A stretch of 64,000 nt of DNA from Eledone cirrhosa (lineage: Eukaryota). This document shows positions 1 to 14,070 of the stretch, one piece after another; position 1 is the stretch's first letter, and each line of letters starts with the position of its first letter. Location of the stretch: the NCBI GenBank assembly GCA_964016885.1, contig OZ024758.1:13082001-13146000 (forward strand). Direction: 5' to 3'. The position numbers and the translations under genes are program-made. The notes below the pieces were generated by a model, which ran no database searches, had not been told where the DNA came from, and was given only the letters and a program-made list of their open reading frames with translations.

Positions 1-54
1 AAGCAATTCTTTAAGGGTATGTCAATATTTGTTTATAAAACTGATCTATATTAT

Positions 55-117
55 ATTTTATCTGATGAAAGCGCACCATAATTTGCTTTGGTGTCCTTGA
101 AATATGTATAATGAAAT
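55..117 (+). ncRNA. Type I minimal hammerhead ribozyme motif
   Basis: Stem I ATTTTAT/ATGAAAT, core CTGATGA 62-68, stem II AAGCGCACCA/TGGTGTCCTT and GAAA 99-102. Stem III is short, the triplet is ATA at 108-110, and AATAAA follows. Confidence 0.7.
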
Positions 118-156
118 AAATATGGTTTTATAAATATAGTTTCCATTTGTTAATAT

Positions 157-193
<37 letters not shown>

Positions 194-342
194 AAGAGGG
201 AGAGGGAGAGAGAGAGGAGGGATAGATAGATAGATAGAGGTATATGTATGTGTATATATATATATATATATGTATGTAAGTGTGTATGTATGAAGATATA
301 TTTATAAATTACTTCTACTAATATGTTTTTTCCTCTTCAATC

Positions 343-438
343 TTGTTCCTTTTCTCATTCTCTCTATTCCTAATATATTTCCTTTCCTCTCTTTCTCTCT
401 CTAGCCTTTTCCTCCTCACTCATCTCTTTCTTTCTCTA

Positions 439-479
<41 letters not shown>

Positions 480-688
480 CTATCTATCTCCCCCTCTATT
501 CCCACCACCACCACCACTACGACATTCACCTTCATTTTTCCCTCTTTCTCTCACTATCTTTTTCCTTCTCTCACTTTCTCTCTCACTATCTCCATCTTCT
601 CTATTCTGCGGCACCATCACCACCACCACCACCACCACCGCCAACACACTGCCACTCCAAACTCACCTTGTTCTCTTTCTCTTCATCT

Positions 689-755
<67 letters not shown>

Positions 756-946
756 ATCTCCACCTCCTCAATTCTCATCCCCTCCCGACACCCCCACCAC
801 TCTTCACTCTTTCTCTGTCTACCCTTTTCCTTCTCTCTCTCCCTCTCTCTCTCCCTCTCTCTCTCTCCCTTTCTATCTATCTATCTACCCCTTTCCCTCT
901 CTCTCTCTCTCTCTCTTTCTATCTATCTATCTATCTACCCTTTTCC

Positions 947-977
<31 letters not shown>

Positions 978-1200
978 TATATCCACCTCCTCTATTCTCC
1001 CCCACCGCCACCACCAACCTTCACTCACCTTCTTCACTTTCAATACAAATTTCAATGCACCTTTCCCTTTCTTCCTGATGAGATTTCCACCACCTACACC
1101 CCCTACACCATCACCACCCTCCCCTTACACACACACACCCCCACACCACCATACGCCCCCCACCACCCCCTACACCCCCTTCCTCCCCCCACATACTCTC
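343..1200. repeat. CT/CTAT/CAC low-complexity tract (representative of dozens of (TA)n, (GA)n, (TACA)n microsatellites)
   Basis: Direct inspection. Confidence 0.9.
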
Positions 1201-1289
1201 GTTATCTTACGAAGCTCGATATATGTTTGCCTGTTCTTTCTTTGCCTTGGAAATATGGCATCAATGTTATTAGCAATTTGTTTGACATT

Positions 1290-1760
1290 GTAAACCTGAT
1301 CAGGTCATTTGTCTCAGTTCACCTGGCCGAGTAATTGCCCCTTGCTGTCCTGAACTGGTAGCTCGTGACGGCTCTGACCCCTGGCGGTCACTTCTGACGT
1401 TAACAGCACTTGCATAAATTCGTCTAACAGCAAACACATTGGCATAATCATTATTCAAATTGAAGCTTTAGATAATTGCAATTTTACGGGTGACGCCGAA
1501 TGTCGTATTGGTCACGAATGCAGGATTGAGAAATAAAGGCCTTTTCATTACGAAACAGTGGTTGTAAATTTGAAGATGAATAAGTGAAAAATCGCCATCT
1601 TTCAACCCAGTGTTTCGACTTTAAGAAAAGGCATTTTACATTGGATAGTGGTAAGGAAGATCGTTTGCATCAATCAATCATAGCTTCATTGCTGGCGAAG
1701 TTGAAAACCCTTTCTTGCAACGACATAAGCTAGTGAAGCCGTTATTGAACAAGGTATATC
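1290..1760. promoter_or_regulatory. Candidate promoter / non-coding first exon
   Basis: An island of unique, CpG-containing sequence. It has ATTGG (CCAAT) boxes at ~1438 and ~1507, TGACG half-sites, a YY1-like CGCCATCTT at 1593-1601 and a possible donor AAG|GTATAT at 1753/1754. Confidence 0.35.
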
Positions 1761-1956
1761 TTCTTCACATACTTGCTATAAGTATATAAGTGTTGTATTG
1801 TTAAATAGATACATGTAAAGAAGTACGGTGTTATTATAGAAGGTTTAAAGACACCTGTAATACAGAATAGAGAGACGTGTAATGATAATAACTATATAGA
1901 AGTTTCCTGCTCTTGCGCGGAGCAAGGAGCGGAAAAGTGGATGACGTATATATATG

Positions 1957-2017
<61 letters not shown>

Positions 2018-2191
2018 ATATATATATATATATATACATACATGTACATGTATATATATATATATATATATACATATAACGAAGGAAGTGTGGTAAGGAA
2101 CCAGATGGACCATAACGCACCAAAGTACTCGATACTTTGGGTAGTAGAGTGGGTTATAGGAAAATAGTCAGGACCCCGACGGCAGATCTCA

Positions 2192-2295
2192 ATTGTTTCC
2201 TCGGTCCGATTTGACGAAAGTCGATCGACTGTCATATATATATATATATATATGACAGTCGATCGACTTTCGTCAAATCGGACCGAGGAAACAAT
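2192..2295. repeat. Perfect 104-bp palindrome centred on (AT)10
   Basis: ATTGTTTCCTCGGTCCGATTTGACGAAAGTCGATCGACTGTC-(AT)10-exact reverse complement. Confidence 0.9.
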
Positions 2296-2467
2296 GTTTC
2301 CGTTGGTCCTTCCAATTGCTAATACTTTCTATCGGTCGCAACTCCAGGTAGAAGGAGCAACGTGAAATAAAGTGTCTTGCTCAAGGACATAACGCATCAC
2401 CCGGTCCAGGAATCGAACTCACAACCTAACGATTGAGAGTACAATTCTCTAACCACTCAGCCACGCG

Positions 2468-2556
<89 letters not shown>

Positions 2557-2746
2557 CTTTATTTGCCACAAGGGCGCACAAGAAAAGGGGACAATACAAA
2601 CACACATGCCGGGGATTTTACATACAGTCGTGTAAAAAATATAAAACAAACAATTATAACAATCGAAATCCCCAATAGGGGGGAAGCGCCACAAATGGGT
2701 TGATTAATACTCCGTCGATAGAACAAAATAGATAGATAGATAGAGA

Positions 2747-2822
<76 letters not shown>

Positions 2823-3270
2823 AGTAAAAAAAAACCATAGCTACAATCACTGCCAAATATATATTCAAACACAAACACAACGAAACACAAATATATTCTC
2901 TACTTTTCCTGACACCCCACCACGACCACCACCACCACGACCACCACCACTACCACCACCACCACTACTACCACCACCACCGCCACAATTGATCTATTGT
3001 GCTAAAGTGTTCTTTGCATTCTAACAAATCTTTTCCCTATTGATTTATTGTAATCAATTAATTCTATTAGCGAAATATCTACATTTGTAATTCCCAATCA
3101 ACTTGACTTTTTTCCATTATTCCTGCTGCAACACACAAGTTTCTTGTGGATTACGACTGCCAACATTTTATAAACCCTGTCAAAATATATTTTACTTATA
3201 CATCTCATATTATGCAACATTCGCTGATTACTGCAATATTAATTAATTAATCTTTATAATGTATATATGT

Positions 3271-3555
3271 GGAGGCACGTGGCCTAGTGGTAAGGGTGTT
3301 GGACTTGCGATCATAATGTCGTGGGTTCGATTCCAGGGCTGCGTGTTGTGTTCTTGAGCAAGACACTTCATTTCACGTTGCTCCAGTATACAGTATACTC
3401 AGCTGAAAATGAGTACCAGCAATAGCTGGAGGTTTAACCCTGCGATGGACTGGCGTCCTGTCCAGGAGGAAGTCTAGTACTCTCAGTCGCTTCACGCCAT
3501 GAAACCGGGATAAGCACCGGCTAAATGAACCTTCTGGCTTAAGACAGACTTTAGA
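3271..3555 (+). mobile_element. tRNA-derived SINE, related subfamily with different 3' half
   Basis: GTGGCCTAGTGGTAAGG...GGGTTCGATTCC head and TCTTGAGCAAGACAC core. Reverse copies at 12405-12580, 32610-32858 and 49080-49370. Confidence 0.75.
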
Positions 3556-5168
3556 CCTTTTTTTTTAGAATGTATATAGAGAGAGGAGAAGAGAGGAGAG
3601 TAAATTGGCGGAGACGTTAGAACGTTCGATAGAGCGTTTTGTGATATTCCTTCCTCCGGGTCTCAGATCTCTGAATTCCAGTTAAACCTCCGCCGAGGTC
3701 GATAAAAGAGGGACCAGTCCAGCAAAGGAATTGATACTTCTCTCTCTCTCTCTCACACACACACACACTTTCTCTTTCTCTCTCTCTCCGTCTCAGGGAG
3801 AAATCGGTTGTGTTCGAACCTGGAGAGCGATGGGGCTCTGTCAGGTTTAAGATCCTCGAGATACGTCAGGGGTTATACATACATACACACACACGTGCAT
3901 ACATACATACATACATACATACATACATACATACACACGTGCATACATGCATACATACATACACACACGTGCATACATACATACATACATACATACATAC
4001 ATACATACACTCTTGAGTGCTACTGGTAACATGCAACCCAGTACAACTTGTCAGCGACTAAACCGGCAACCCCACCAAGTTTACTTGGTGAAGAAGGTGA
4101 TTTTGGACACCCTGCAGGACAAAAAAACAAAACCTGACAAAGGGCGGAAGAACTCATAAGAATCAACAGCCATCCAGAAATGTGTAAATATGTATATACA
4201 CATGTACATATGTATGTGTATGTATATGCGCGGGGACACATACATACATACATACATACATACATACATACATACATACATACATACATACATACATACA
4301 TACATACATACATAGCTGGCACCTTCAAAATTTGCAAAACATTCTTGCGATTCAAGGGATGACAATTTCTTTTCTTTTACAACCTTGCCACCAGGAAGGT
4401 GGCCGGTCAAAAAAATATACTCGAAATTAAGCGAAAGAGAAAACATACATACGTACGTACGTACGTACGTACGTACATACATACATACATACATACATAC
4501 ATACATACATACATACATACATACATACATACATACATACATACATACATACATACATACATACATACATACATACATACATACATACATACATACATAC
4601 ATACATACATACATACATACATACGCTGTTTAGCGCCTCATAGATAAATCTTAACTATACAGCAGATTTCTCCCAAAGAAAGATATAAAGAATGAGAGAA
4701 AGGAAGAGATAAAGCGATATAGAGGAAGAGGAAGAATCGACCCCAGTATTAGACTGGTACTTTTTTTTTTTTTTCATCTTGAAAGGATGAAAGGCAAAGT
4801 TGACCTCGGCGGGATTTGAACTCACGGAACAGAGAGTCAAAAAACGAACATCACAAACCATGGTGTCCGACGCTCTTCCGATGCTACCAATCCACCGACA
4901 TAATATATCATTAGTGTTTCTATATCAGAGATATTACTGCAGAATACTCAATAACATTTCAGACAGCTCCTTGATCCAAATCTTATGTTTTTGAACCTAA
5001 TAAGTTCAACTTACAGTGTATATACAAGTTTGTCTCGTTGTGTGTATATATACATATATGTATATGTATATATGTGTGTGTATGGTGTGTATGTATATAT
5101 ATATATATATGTGTGTGTGTGTATGGTGTGTATGTATATATATATATATGTGTGTGTATGTATATATG

Positions 5169-5199
<31 letters not shown>

Positions 5200-5333
5200 A
5201 TGTATATATATATATATATGTGTGTGTGTGTATGTATATGTATGTATATTAAAAAATGATTTTCAAGCATCATTTATCAAATATACGCCTCTCTTCGTCA
5301 AAGTTGAAGTTTTAATTTTAACTAAAGGAGTAA

Positions 5334-5405
<72 letters not shown>

Positions 5406-5617
5406 TTGATATATATAGATATATATTCATTGATATATATATATATATATATGTTTTTATATATATATATATTCATTGATATATATATATATATATTCAT
5501 TGATATATATATATATATATATATATATGTTTATATATATATATATATATATTCATTGATATATATATATATATATTCATTGATATATATATATATATAT
5601 ATTCATTGATATATATA

Positions 5618-5682
<65 letters not shown>

Positions 5683-5708
5683 GTTGATATATATAGATAT
5701 ATATTCAT

Positions 5709-5768
<60 letters not shown>

Positions 5769-7221
5769 CAATGAATATATCTAACTGTCTTTCTCGCAAT
5801 CTATCACCCCCGTCTCTCTCTCTCGGGCTCTATCTATCTATCACTGTCACTCTCTCTCTATCTCTCTCTCTATCTATCTATCTATCTGTCTGTCTGTCAC
5901 TATCACCCTCTCTATATATCTACCACTCTATCACTACACCCCACCCACCCTCTCTATCTACCTATCTACCACTCTGTCACTACCTCCCTCTCACTTCTAC
6001 TTTACCTCTGTAACGAGACCTGCGATGATTTATTAAATATTTTTAAAACCTTGACTCAATATTCTCAAAGACGTTAGCTAAGATCACAATTCAACGACTC
6101 AAGTGGAAATATATTTACCGATAATGGTGATTTCTTTGAAAATATATCACAATATATTATATATATAGCTGATGTTGGATTGGCAGTATCGGTAGAGGGT
6201 CGGACGCCATGCTTTGACGCATAGAGTTACGGCCCTTGCCATTCTGAGTTCAAATACCGCCGAGGTTAACTTTGCCTTTCATCCTTACGGGGTCGATAAA
6301 ATAAAGTACCAGTAATGTACTGGGATAATTGCTGGCATTGTGCCAAAAGTAGAAACAATTATCTGAGTTCAAATCCCGCCAAAGGTTAACTTTGCCTTTC
6401 ATCCTTACGGGGGTCGATAAAATATAGTACCAGTAATGCACTGGTCATTGCTGGCCTTGTGCCAGGAAGACATACATAAGCAGGGAGAGACATACAGACA
6501 GAGAATATAAGGAGCTCCTGTTCAGAGAAGGGGGTTGCTCTGTTTGATGAGGGAGGTGGCCCAGGGCATTTAAACCCACTGGCCCTCTATAATTCCGACT
6601 CTTGCCATCTTACATGTGTGGTGGGTACACATGAGCATAGAAAGACAGACAGAGTGGGTGTTTGAGGAGAGGAGTGGTCCCAGGTAATTATCTCCCACCC
6701 CCACCCCACCTCACCCCACTGCCCTCGATAATTCCGTCCTGGCCGTTTTAGAAGTGTAGAGCAGTAAATAACAATTAAAAGACCAGAAATTCTAGTCTAA
6801 TCTATCGTTAGCTCTCTATAATTTAGACCCTGACCGTCTTACATGTGTGTGTGTGTGTGTACACATAAGCAGGGAAAGACAGACAGAGAATATATAAGAA
6901 GCACTGTTCAGAGATGGCAATGGGTCTGTTTGATGAAAGAGGTGACCCAGGGCATTCGTCCCACACTGCCCTCTCGATAATTCCGACCCTGGCTGTCTTC
7001 TGTGTATATAGCAGTTATGTGAATATAACAATTGAAAGACCAGTGAGCGGTTCCAGTCTAATCTACGGGGTAACTGCTCCGTCCCAAGCTGTTCTGGTCT
7101 GTATTAAAGTCGCTGCCTGCCATTTATTTGATAACCCAAATTTAAATGTTACAGTTTTAACTTTCAACCTTTTCTGGCGTGTCAAAGATAGCTTCGGAGA
7201 TCGCTGGACAGATATATATAT

Positions 7222-7434
7222 ATAGGAACAAGTAGGACCCCGACGGCTGAGCTCAAGCCGTTTCGACGGCTAATTCTGGACCAATATACATGTGGTCCAG
7301 AATTAGCCGTCGAAACGGCTTGAGCTCAGCCGTCGGGGTCCTACTTGTTCCTATTACCCACTCTACTACCCAAAGTATTGAGTACTTTGGTGCGTTATGG
7401 ACCATCTGGTTCCTTACCACATTTCCTTCGTTAT
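7222..7434 (+). mobile_element. (TA)n-associated element with 62-bp fold-back hairpin and half-hammerhead; family A, probable Penelope-like pLTR remnant
   Basis: Perfect inverted arms at 7222-7283 and 7293-7354. The right arm reads GAAACGGCT..AGCCGTC-GGGGTCC. Related copies are at 2077-2190, 7935-8147, 12370-12402, 42472-42570, 54988-55038 and 58439-58610. Confidence 0.65.
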
Positions 7435-7610
7435 TGGCAGTATCGGTAGAGGGTCGGACGCCATGCTTTCCAGCATAGTTACGTCCCTTTACGATCTGAG
7501 TTCAAATCCCGCCGAGGTTGACTTTGCCTTTCATCCTTACGGGGTCGATAAAATAAAGTACCAGTAACGCACTGGGATAATTGCTGGCCTGGTGCCAAAA
7601 GTAGAAACCG

Positions 7611-7700
<90 letters not shown>

Positions 7701-7712
7701 CTATATCTATCA

Positions 7713-7811
7713 AAATAACAGATTAAAGTTTAAGCAAGGAATCGCTGCTTTCAACCTTAACTGTTAAGGGTGAAAGCACCGATTCTTTGTTCAAACTTTA
7801 ATCTGTTATTT
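7713..7811 (+). repeat. Fold-back hairpin centred at 7762 (family of 44103 HHR)
   Basis: 49-bp inverted arms with few mismatches. The right arm matches 44122-44168. Confidence 0.75.
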
Positions 7812-7934
7812 CAATAAATATTTGCTCTAAGGTTCTTATATATTCGATATTTATTTATCCTTACCGAGCCCTCTTTGGATTTTAGTCTTCGCATTTATTA
7901 TTATTACTATACATACATACATATATATACATAT

Positions 7935-8275
<341 letters not shown>

Positions 8276-8416
8276 ACGTTATTCCGGGTTGAATCGGAGG
8301 TAACTACAGTGAGTAAGGTACTCAATACATAGCAGAGTATAAAAGTTTTAATATAGATGAGATTCTACAAGACTAGAACTGTTTCATTCTTTAGAAATCA
8401 TCAGGAATTCCTGATG

Positions 8417-8552
<136 letters not shown>

Positions 8553-8586
8553 CGGGAGAGAGAGAGGGGGAGAGAGAGAGAGAGAG

Positions 8587-8660
<74 letters not shown>

Positions 8661-9379
8661 CATCAAACTGTTAATACAAATATTCTCAACTTTATATGTT
8701 GCTGTTTCCGTCCGTTTGTACCCACACTGCTCACTTCTATCACCACACTGTGTTGTTGTGATAGGAACTTATCAACGCAAATAAATCTCAAGGGAGTTAA
8801 TCAATTAAGAGTTAACTCCCTTGATAAATTTCCCGCCTAAATATTTCCTATAAGTTATTTCCCTTACAATGAATAAATTTCATAATATTTTCACTATTAA
8901 TAAGTGTTTTATTATATCTCAGCGAAGGGTGGTGGGTTGCCTGGAGCTGTAAAAGCTGAGCTTAGAAAAGGGCGATGGATTCGCAGTAATCGGTAGAACG
9001 TCAGATACAATATGCTTTGCGACATAGAGTTACGTCCCTTTACGTTCTGAGTTCAAATCCCTCCGAGATTAGCTTCACCTTTCATCCTTACAGGGTCGAT
9101 AAATAAAGTACCAGTAACGCACTGGGGGCGATTTAATCACCTTCCCCCTCATCCCCCACTAAAAACTGATCGCCTTGTGTCTAAATCAGACACCATTATA
9201 TCATAACGAGTCGTGGTCCGGTGACCAAAATAGTGAATCCTTACCCCTGAAGGATGTCGTGGATTATGGGATGAAAGAACCTTTCCAACATATTTATTCT
9301 CGTACTTTTTTAATTTTAGCAATCATTACATAATATTTATTTTAGAGACAATATATATATATTCTCTCATTACCACAGC

Positions 9380-9470
9380 AGTGGTCTGATGAGCTTTTGA
9401 TTCCAGAGTCGGGCCAGATCGATACAGATCAAACATTGAGCTGATCAATAGCGAAACGCACGTCACTACT
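9380..9470 (+). ncRNA. Type I hammerhead ribozyme motif
   Basis: Stem I AGTGGT/ACTACT, CTGATGA 9386-9392, stem II GCTTTTGAT/ATCAATAGC and GAAACGCACGTC with the GTC triplet at 9462-9464. AATAAA follows at 9472. Confidence 0.8.
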
Positions 9471-9610
9471 CAATAAACGTAATGAAGACATAACAAATTG
9501 TCCATTTATTATGATGTTTACACTCTGTTTAGTTCTACATCTCGTTACAGACGGGAAACTCCGTATCGAGTGCTCACTCGAGTGAACCTACAATAACAGC
9601 ACGTTATACT

Positions 9611-9685
<75 letters not shown>

Positions 9686-9780
9686 AGAATGGATGAAGTC
9701 TTCACGAACATTAGTTTTGTCCGCTCCCTTGCCGCTTTAGTTTGGATTGCCTCGAGATCGTAACATTATTACATAATGAT

Positions 9781-9854
9781 GCTGTCTGATGAGATCGTGA
9801 CGCTGATTACGTGAAACACGTGGCCACTGTCGACATTGAAATGTGTATCACAGC
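9781..9854 (+). ncRNA. Degenerate hammerhead motif (family shared with 60979)
   Basis: Stem I GCTGT/ACAGC, CTGATGA 9786-9792, GAAA 9838-9841 and ATC triplet 9847-9849. Stem II is imperfect. Confidence 0.55.
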
Positions 9855-10049
9855 CCTATCAATAAGGGGTTCTTTAACATCTACAACTTCGTGTTTCCCT
9901 TATTATATATATATTGACTCTGTATCCAATTGAATTATATCGTTGATAAAAAATTTTGTATTTTAAACTTTGCTTCACGACATCTTCTACATACGGATTA
10001 CATTGAGTTCTTTATACGGTTTAGACCCTACCATTGAGTGATAGATCTA

Positions 10050-10110
<61 letters not shown>

Positions 10111-10244
10111 AGTAAGTATGTTTTGAGACAGTGAGCAAGTTTGAAATTAGAAATATAAGCTATCACCGTATTCTTTACTAAAGAAAATTTTTTAGCCTCA
10201 CTATCAGGCTAAAAAAAATTTCTTTAGTCAAAAATACGGTGATA

Positions 10245-10280
<36 letters not shown>

Positions 10281-10470
10281 CTTTCCCCTGTGTTGTTTAC
10301 TTGTCTCACTCGCTTTACGCGTTTCAATTGTCCCAATAACTTATTTTAGTTATTGTCGCACCAACGTGAGGTATATGATTTTTAATGCGATGAAATACCA
10401 ATGATCGTGAGGGACTCATTTTATAACATGTAATCCATGTGCAACCATGCAGTATTCTTCTCCCCATATT

Positions 10471-10541
<71 letters not shown>

Positions 10542-11250
10542 CGAGAGTCGGTTGAGAAGTTCATAGGCTGACTACGAAGGAGTGATGCTAGAGCTGTAAA
10601 ATCTTGCATGCATTAATTCAAACCCTTCTTATTAATAACTGCATTGTTTTCTTTCCAGGGACTGTGTTAAAAAAATAAACCTCATTGGGTCATTCCAAGA
10701 GAGTATCTTTATCAGCTTATGATCGTTTCAGCCGACTCTTATATGTCAACGGTGATCTTACGATAAAATAAGGTATCATTTCACAAGAGTTATTTCCCTC
10801 ACATTGTATATGATTATATTTCGCAATTACCTCCCTTTGAATAGTATATTGTTGCATTCTGCACACTTTTTTCTTTTATCAAAACTCCGATTTTTTTCAG
10901 CACGGTGACGCGTATGTGTATATGTCTGTACGTGTATGTATGTGTGTATGTGTGTACATGTGTGTATGTGTATATGTTTATATGTATGTGTATATGTTTA
11001 TATGTATGAGTATATAAATATAAACACGCAAACACAGACACACTTACAAAAAACCTACACTCATTCACACAAATACACATACATTCACACAAACACACAC
11101 ATATTTCCACGCACATACATTTACACAAACTCACACATGCACATACACTCACACATAGCGTAGCAAATGGAACGCCAGCCGCTGTTTTGCTCTACTTTTT
11201 TCACCATGCCCTTCTTTTCCTTTTACATACACATACTTATACGTTCACCC

Positions 11251-11281
<31 letters not shown>

Positions 11282-11918
11282 ACATTGTGTGACAGACATA
11301 TGGAAGTCGTGCAAATTTACATATAGATTGTTTAATCGATTTTGTTGTTAGGATGCTAAGTATTATTGATAATTATTTTATCGACAGCTAAAGGATGAGA
11401 AAAAAACAACGTTTTCTCGGGAGTATTGAAATTCACAATTGTACAAAGTCGAAGCTAATTCCTGAAATATATTTAGTACATTGCGTGGCCAAGTGGTAAA
11501 GGTGTTAGACTTATGATCATAATGTCGTGAGTTCAATTCCTAGACTGGGTTGTGTGTTGTGTTGTGTTCCTGACAGAACATTTTATTTTATGTTACTACA
11601 GTAGACTCAGATAACAGTGAGTACCAGCGGTAGCTGGAGGTTTAACTCGGCAATGGACTGGTAGTGTGCGGGAGAGAGGACCGCGTTGGTATGGACATGT
11701 GATGCGGATGGAGGATGACCGCTGGGTAAAGAAGTGGCAAGAAATCACAGTAGAAGGAAGATGCAGTAGAGGAAGATGCAGTAGAGAAGAGATGCTGTGC
11801 TGAAAAGGACCCGTCCCACCCTCGAAAGCAGGGAAAAGCGGACGTAAAATGATGATGTTATATATGTACCAGTAATGAACTGGGTAATTGCTGGCCTTGT
11901 GCTTAAAGTAGTAACAGT

Positions 11919-11951
<33 letters not shown>

Positions 11952-12224
11952 GTGTGTTTCTTAAGTATTTCCATAGGAAAGGTAAAGGAAAGAAGAGTGC
12001 TCTATGTATAGTACATAAACAGCTCCCACCGGAAATGATTGAAGCAAATTCTGTATCTTGGAAATGTGATTGGCATCTTCCAGTCCGATAAGTTGAGCAC
12101 TCTACAGTTATAAGGAAATTAACCAAAGAGATGTCAACATGAATGGACCTGTTATTTTCATCTAAAGATATTTTTTCCAATTACAACCCACCCGTCCCCT
12201 CAATCTATTTTATTTCTCCTTTTT

Positions 12225-12260
12225 TCTTCTGATGAAGGACTAGCGTCCGAAACGTTAAGA
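12225..12260 (+). ncRNA. Minimal (dimer-type) hammerhead ribozyme motif, Penelope-like
   Basis: TCTT-CTGATGAA-GGAC tagc GTCC-GAAACGTT-AAGA. The palindromic AACGTT stem III is typical of minimal HHRs in Penelope-like elements. Confidence 0.78.
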
Positions 12261-12914
12261 CCCTCTTCCTGCTATATCAAGCGTTAACCTAATATATACC
12301 TTCCATATACTGTGCCGATTGTGTTGTTATTTCTGTTTACCTTTTATATATATATATATATATATATATAGGAAAAGAGTCAGGACCCTGACGGCTGAGC
12401 TCTGACAGTCCATCACAGGGTTAAACCCCACCAGCTATTGCTGGTAGTCATTTGCAGCTGAATCTACTGTAGTAACGTGAAATGAAGTGTTTTGTTCAAG
12501 AACACAACCACCAACCCAACCCAGGAATCGAGCCCCCGACATTATGATCGTAAGTCCAACACCCTTACCACTAGGCCACAAACAATATTATAAAACTCGA
12601 TATAATTAAACCCATCTATGTTAAATCATCTGATATCACATTTATTAATAGATCACATGATGATGACATACACATATTATGAAATGTAAATCAATATCTG
12701 GATATAATTGTATTGTATAAATTTCCATGATAAAATATTAGATATCAGAAAGAGACTGAGTCTTACATCCTTCTGGCAGTGACCAAAGGACAGACTGTTG
12801 GCTGCTGAAAACTGGAGGCAATATTTTCACTGCTTCAGCATTTAGTCATGTTGTGTTCACATTTGTTTATACTTACAGGGTTGACTAAAAAATCTAGAGA
12901 TATTTTTATTTCTA

Positions 12915-14070
12915 TGGCCCCTTAACTCTTGATGGAGTTGTAGGGGTTTCGGTGGTCCCGTAACTCCTGATGGAGTCGAAGGTGGTTCTGTAGTCCCGTA
13001 ATTCCTGATGGAGTCGTAGGGCTTTCTGTAGTCCTGTAACTCCTGATGGAGTCGTAGGGGTTTCTGTAGTCCTGTAACTCCTGGTGGGGTCGTAGGGGTT
13101 TCTGTAGTCCTGTAACTCCTGGTAGGGTCGTAGGGGTTTCTGTAGTCCCGTAACTCCTGATGGAGTCGTAGGTGATTCTGTAGTTCCGTAACTCCTGGTG
13201 GGGTCGTAGGGGTTTCTGTAGTCATGTAACTCCTGGTGGGGTCGTAGGGGTTTCTGTAGTCCTGTAACTCCTGATGGAGTCGTAGGGGTTTCTGTAGTCC
13301 TGTAACTCCTGGTGGGGTCGTAGGGGTTTCTGTAGTCCTGTAACTCCTGGTAGGGTCGTAGGGGTTTCTGTAGTCCCGTAACTCCTGATGGAGTCGTAGG
13401 TGATTCTGTAGTTCCGTAACTCCTGATGGAGTCGTAGGGGTTTCTGTAGTCCTGTAACTCCTGGTGGGGTCGTAGGGGTTTCTGTAGTCCCGTAACTCCT
13501 GATGGAGTCGTAGGGGTTTCTGTAGTCCTGTAACTCCTGGTGGGGTCGTAGGGGTTTCTGTAGTCCCGTAACTCCTGATGGAGTCGTAGGGGTTTCTGTA
13601 GTCCTGTAACTCCTGGTGGGGTCGTAGGGGTTTCTGTAGTCCCGTAACTCCTGATGGAGTCGTAGGGGTTTCTGTAGTCCTGTAACTCCTGGTGGGGTCG
13701 TAGGGGTTTCTGTAGTCCCGTAACTCCTGATGGAGTCGTAGGTGATTCTGTAGTTCCGTAACTCCTGATGGAGTCGTAGGGGTTTCTGTAGTTCCGTAAC
13801 TCCTGATGGAGTCGTAGGGGTTTCTGTAGTCCTGTAACTCCTGGTGGGGTCGTAGGGGTTTCTGTAGTCCCGTAACTCCTGATGGAGTCGTAGGTGATTC
13901 TGTAGTTCCGTAACTCCTGATGGAGTCGTAGGGGTTTCTGTAGTCCCGTAACTCCTGATGGAGTCGTAGGGGTTTCTGTAGTCCTGTAACTCCTGGTGGG
14001 GTCGTAGGGGTTTCTGTAGTCCTGTAACTCCTGATGGAGTAATAGGGGTTTTTATGATCCCGTAACTCCT
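12915..14070. repeat. 38-bp minisatellite, ~30 copies
   Basis: Unit GTAACTCCTG(A/G)TGG(A/G)GTCGTAGGGGTTTCTGTAGTCC(C/T). Confidence 0.95.

Noticed and set aside
343-1293. 316-aa ORF and the many YI/HT/SL/ER-rich ORFs
   Set aside because: They are translations of microsatellites with no domain signal.
3271-3340. tRNA genes
   Set aside because: The box A/B heads continue into SINE bodies and no complete cloverleaf is evident.
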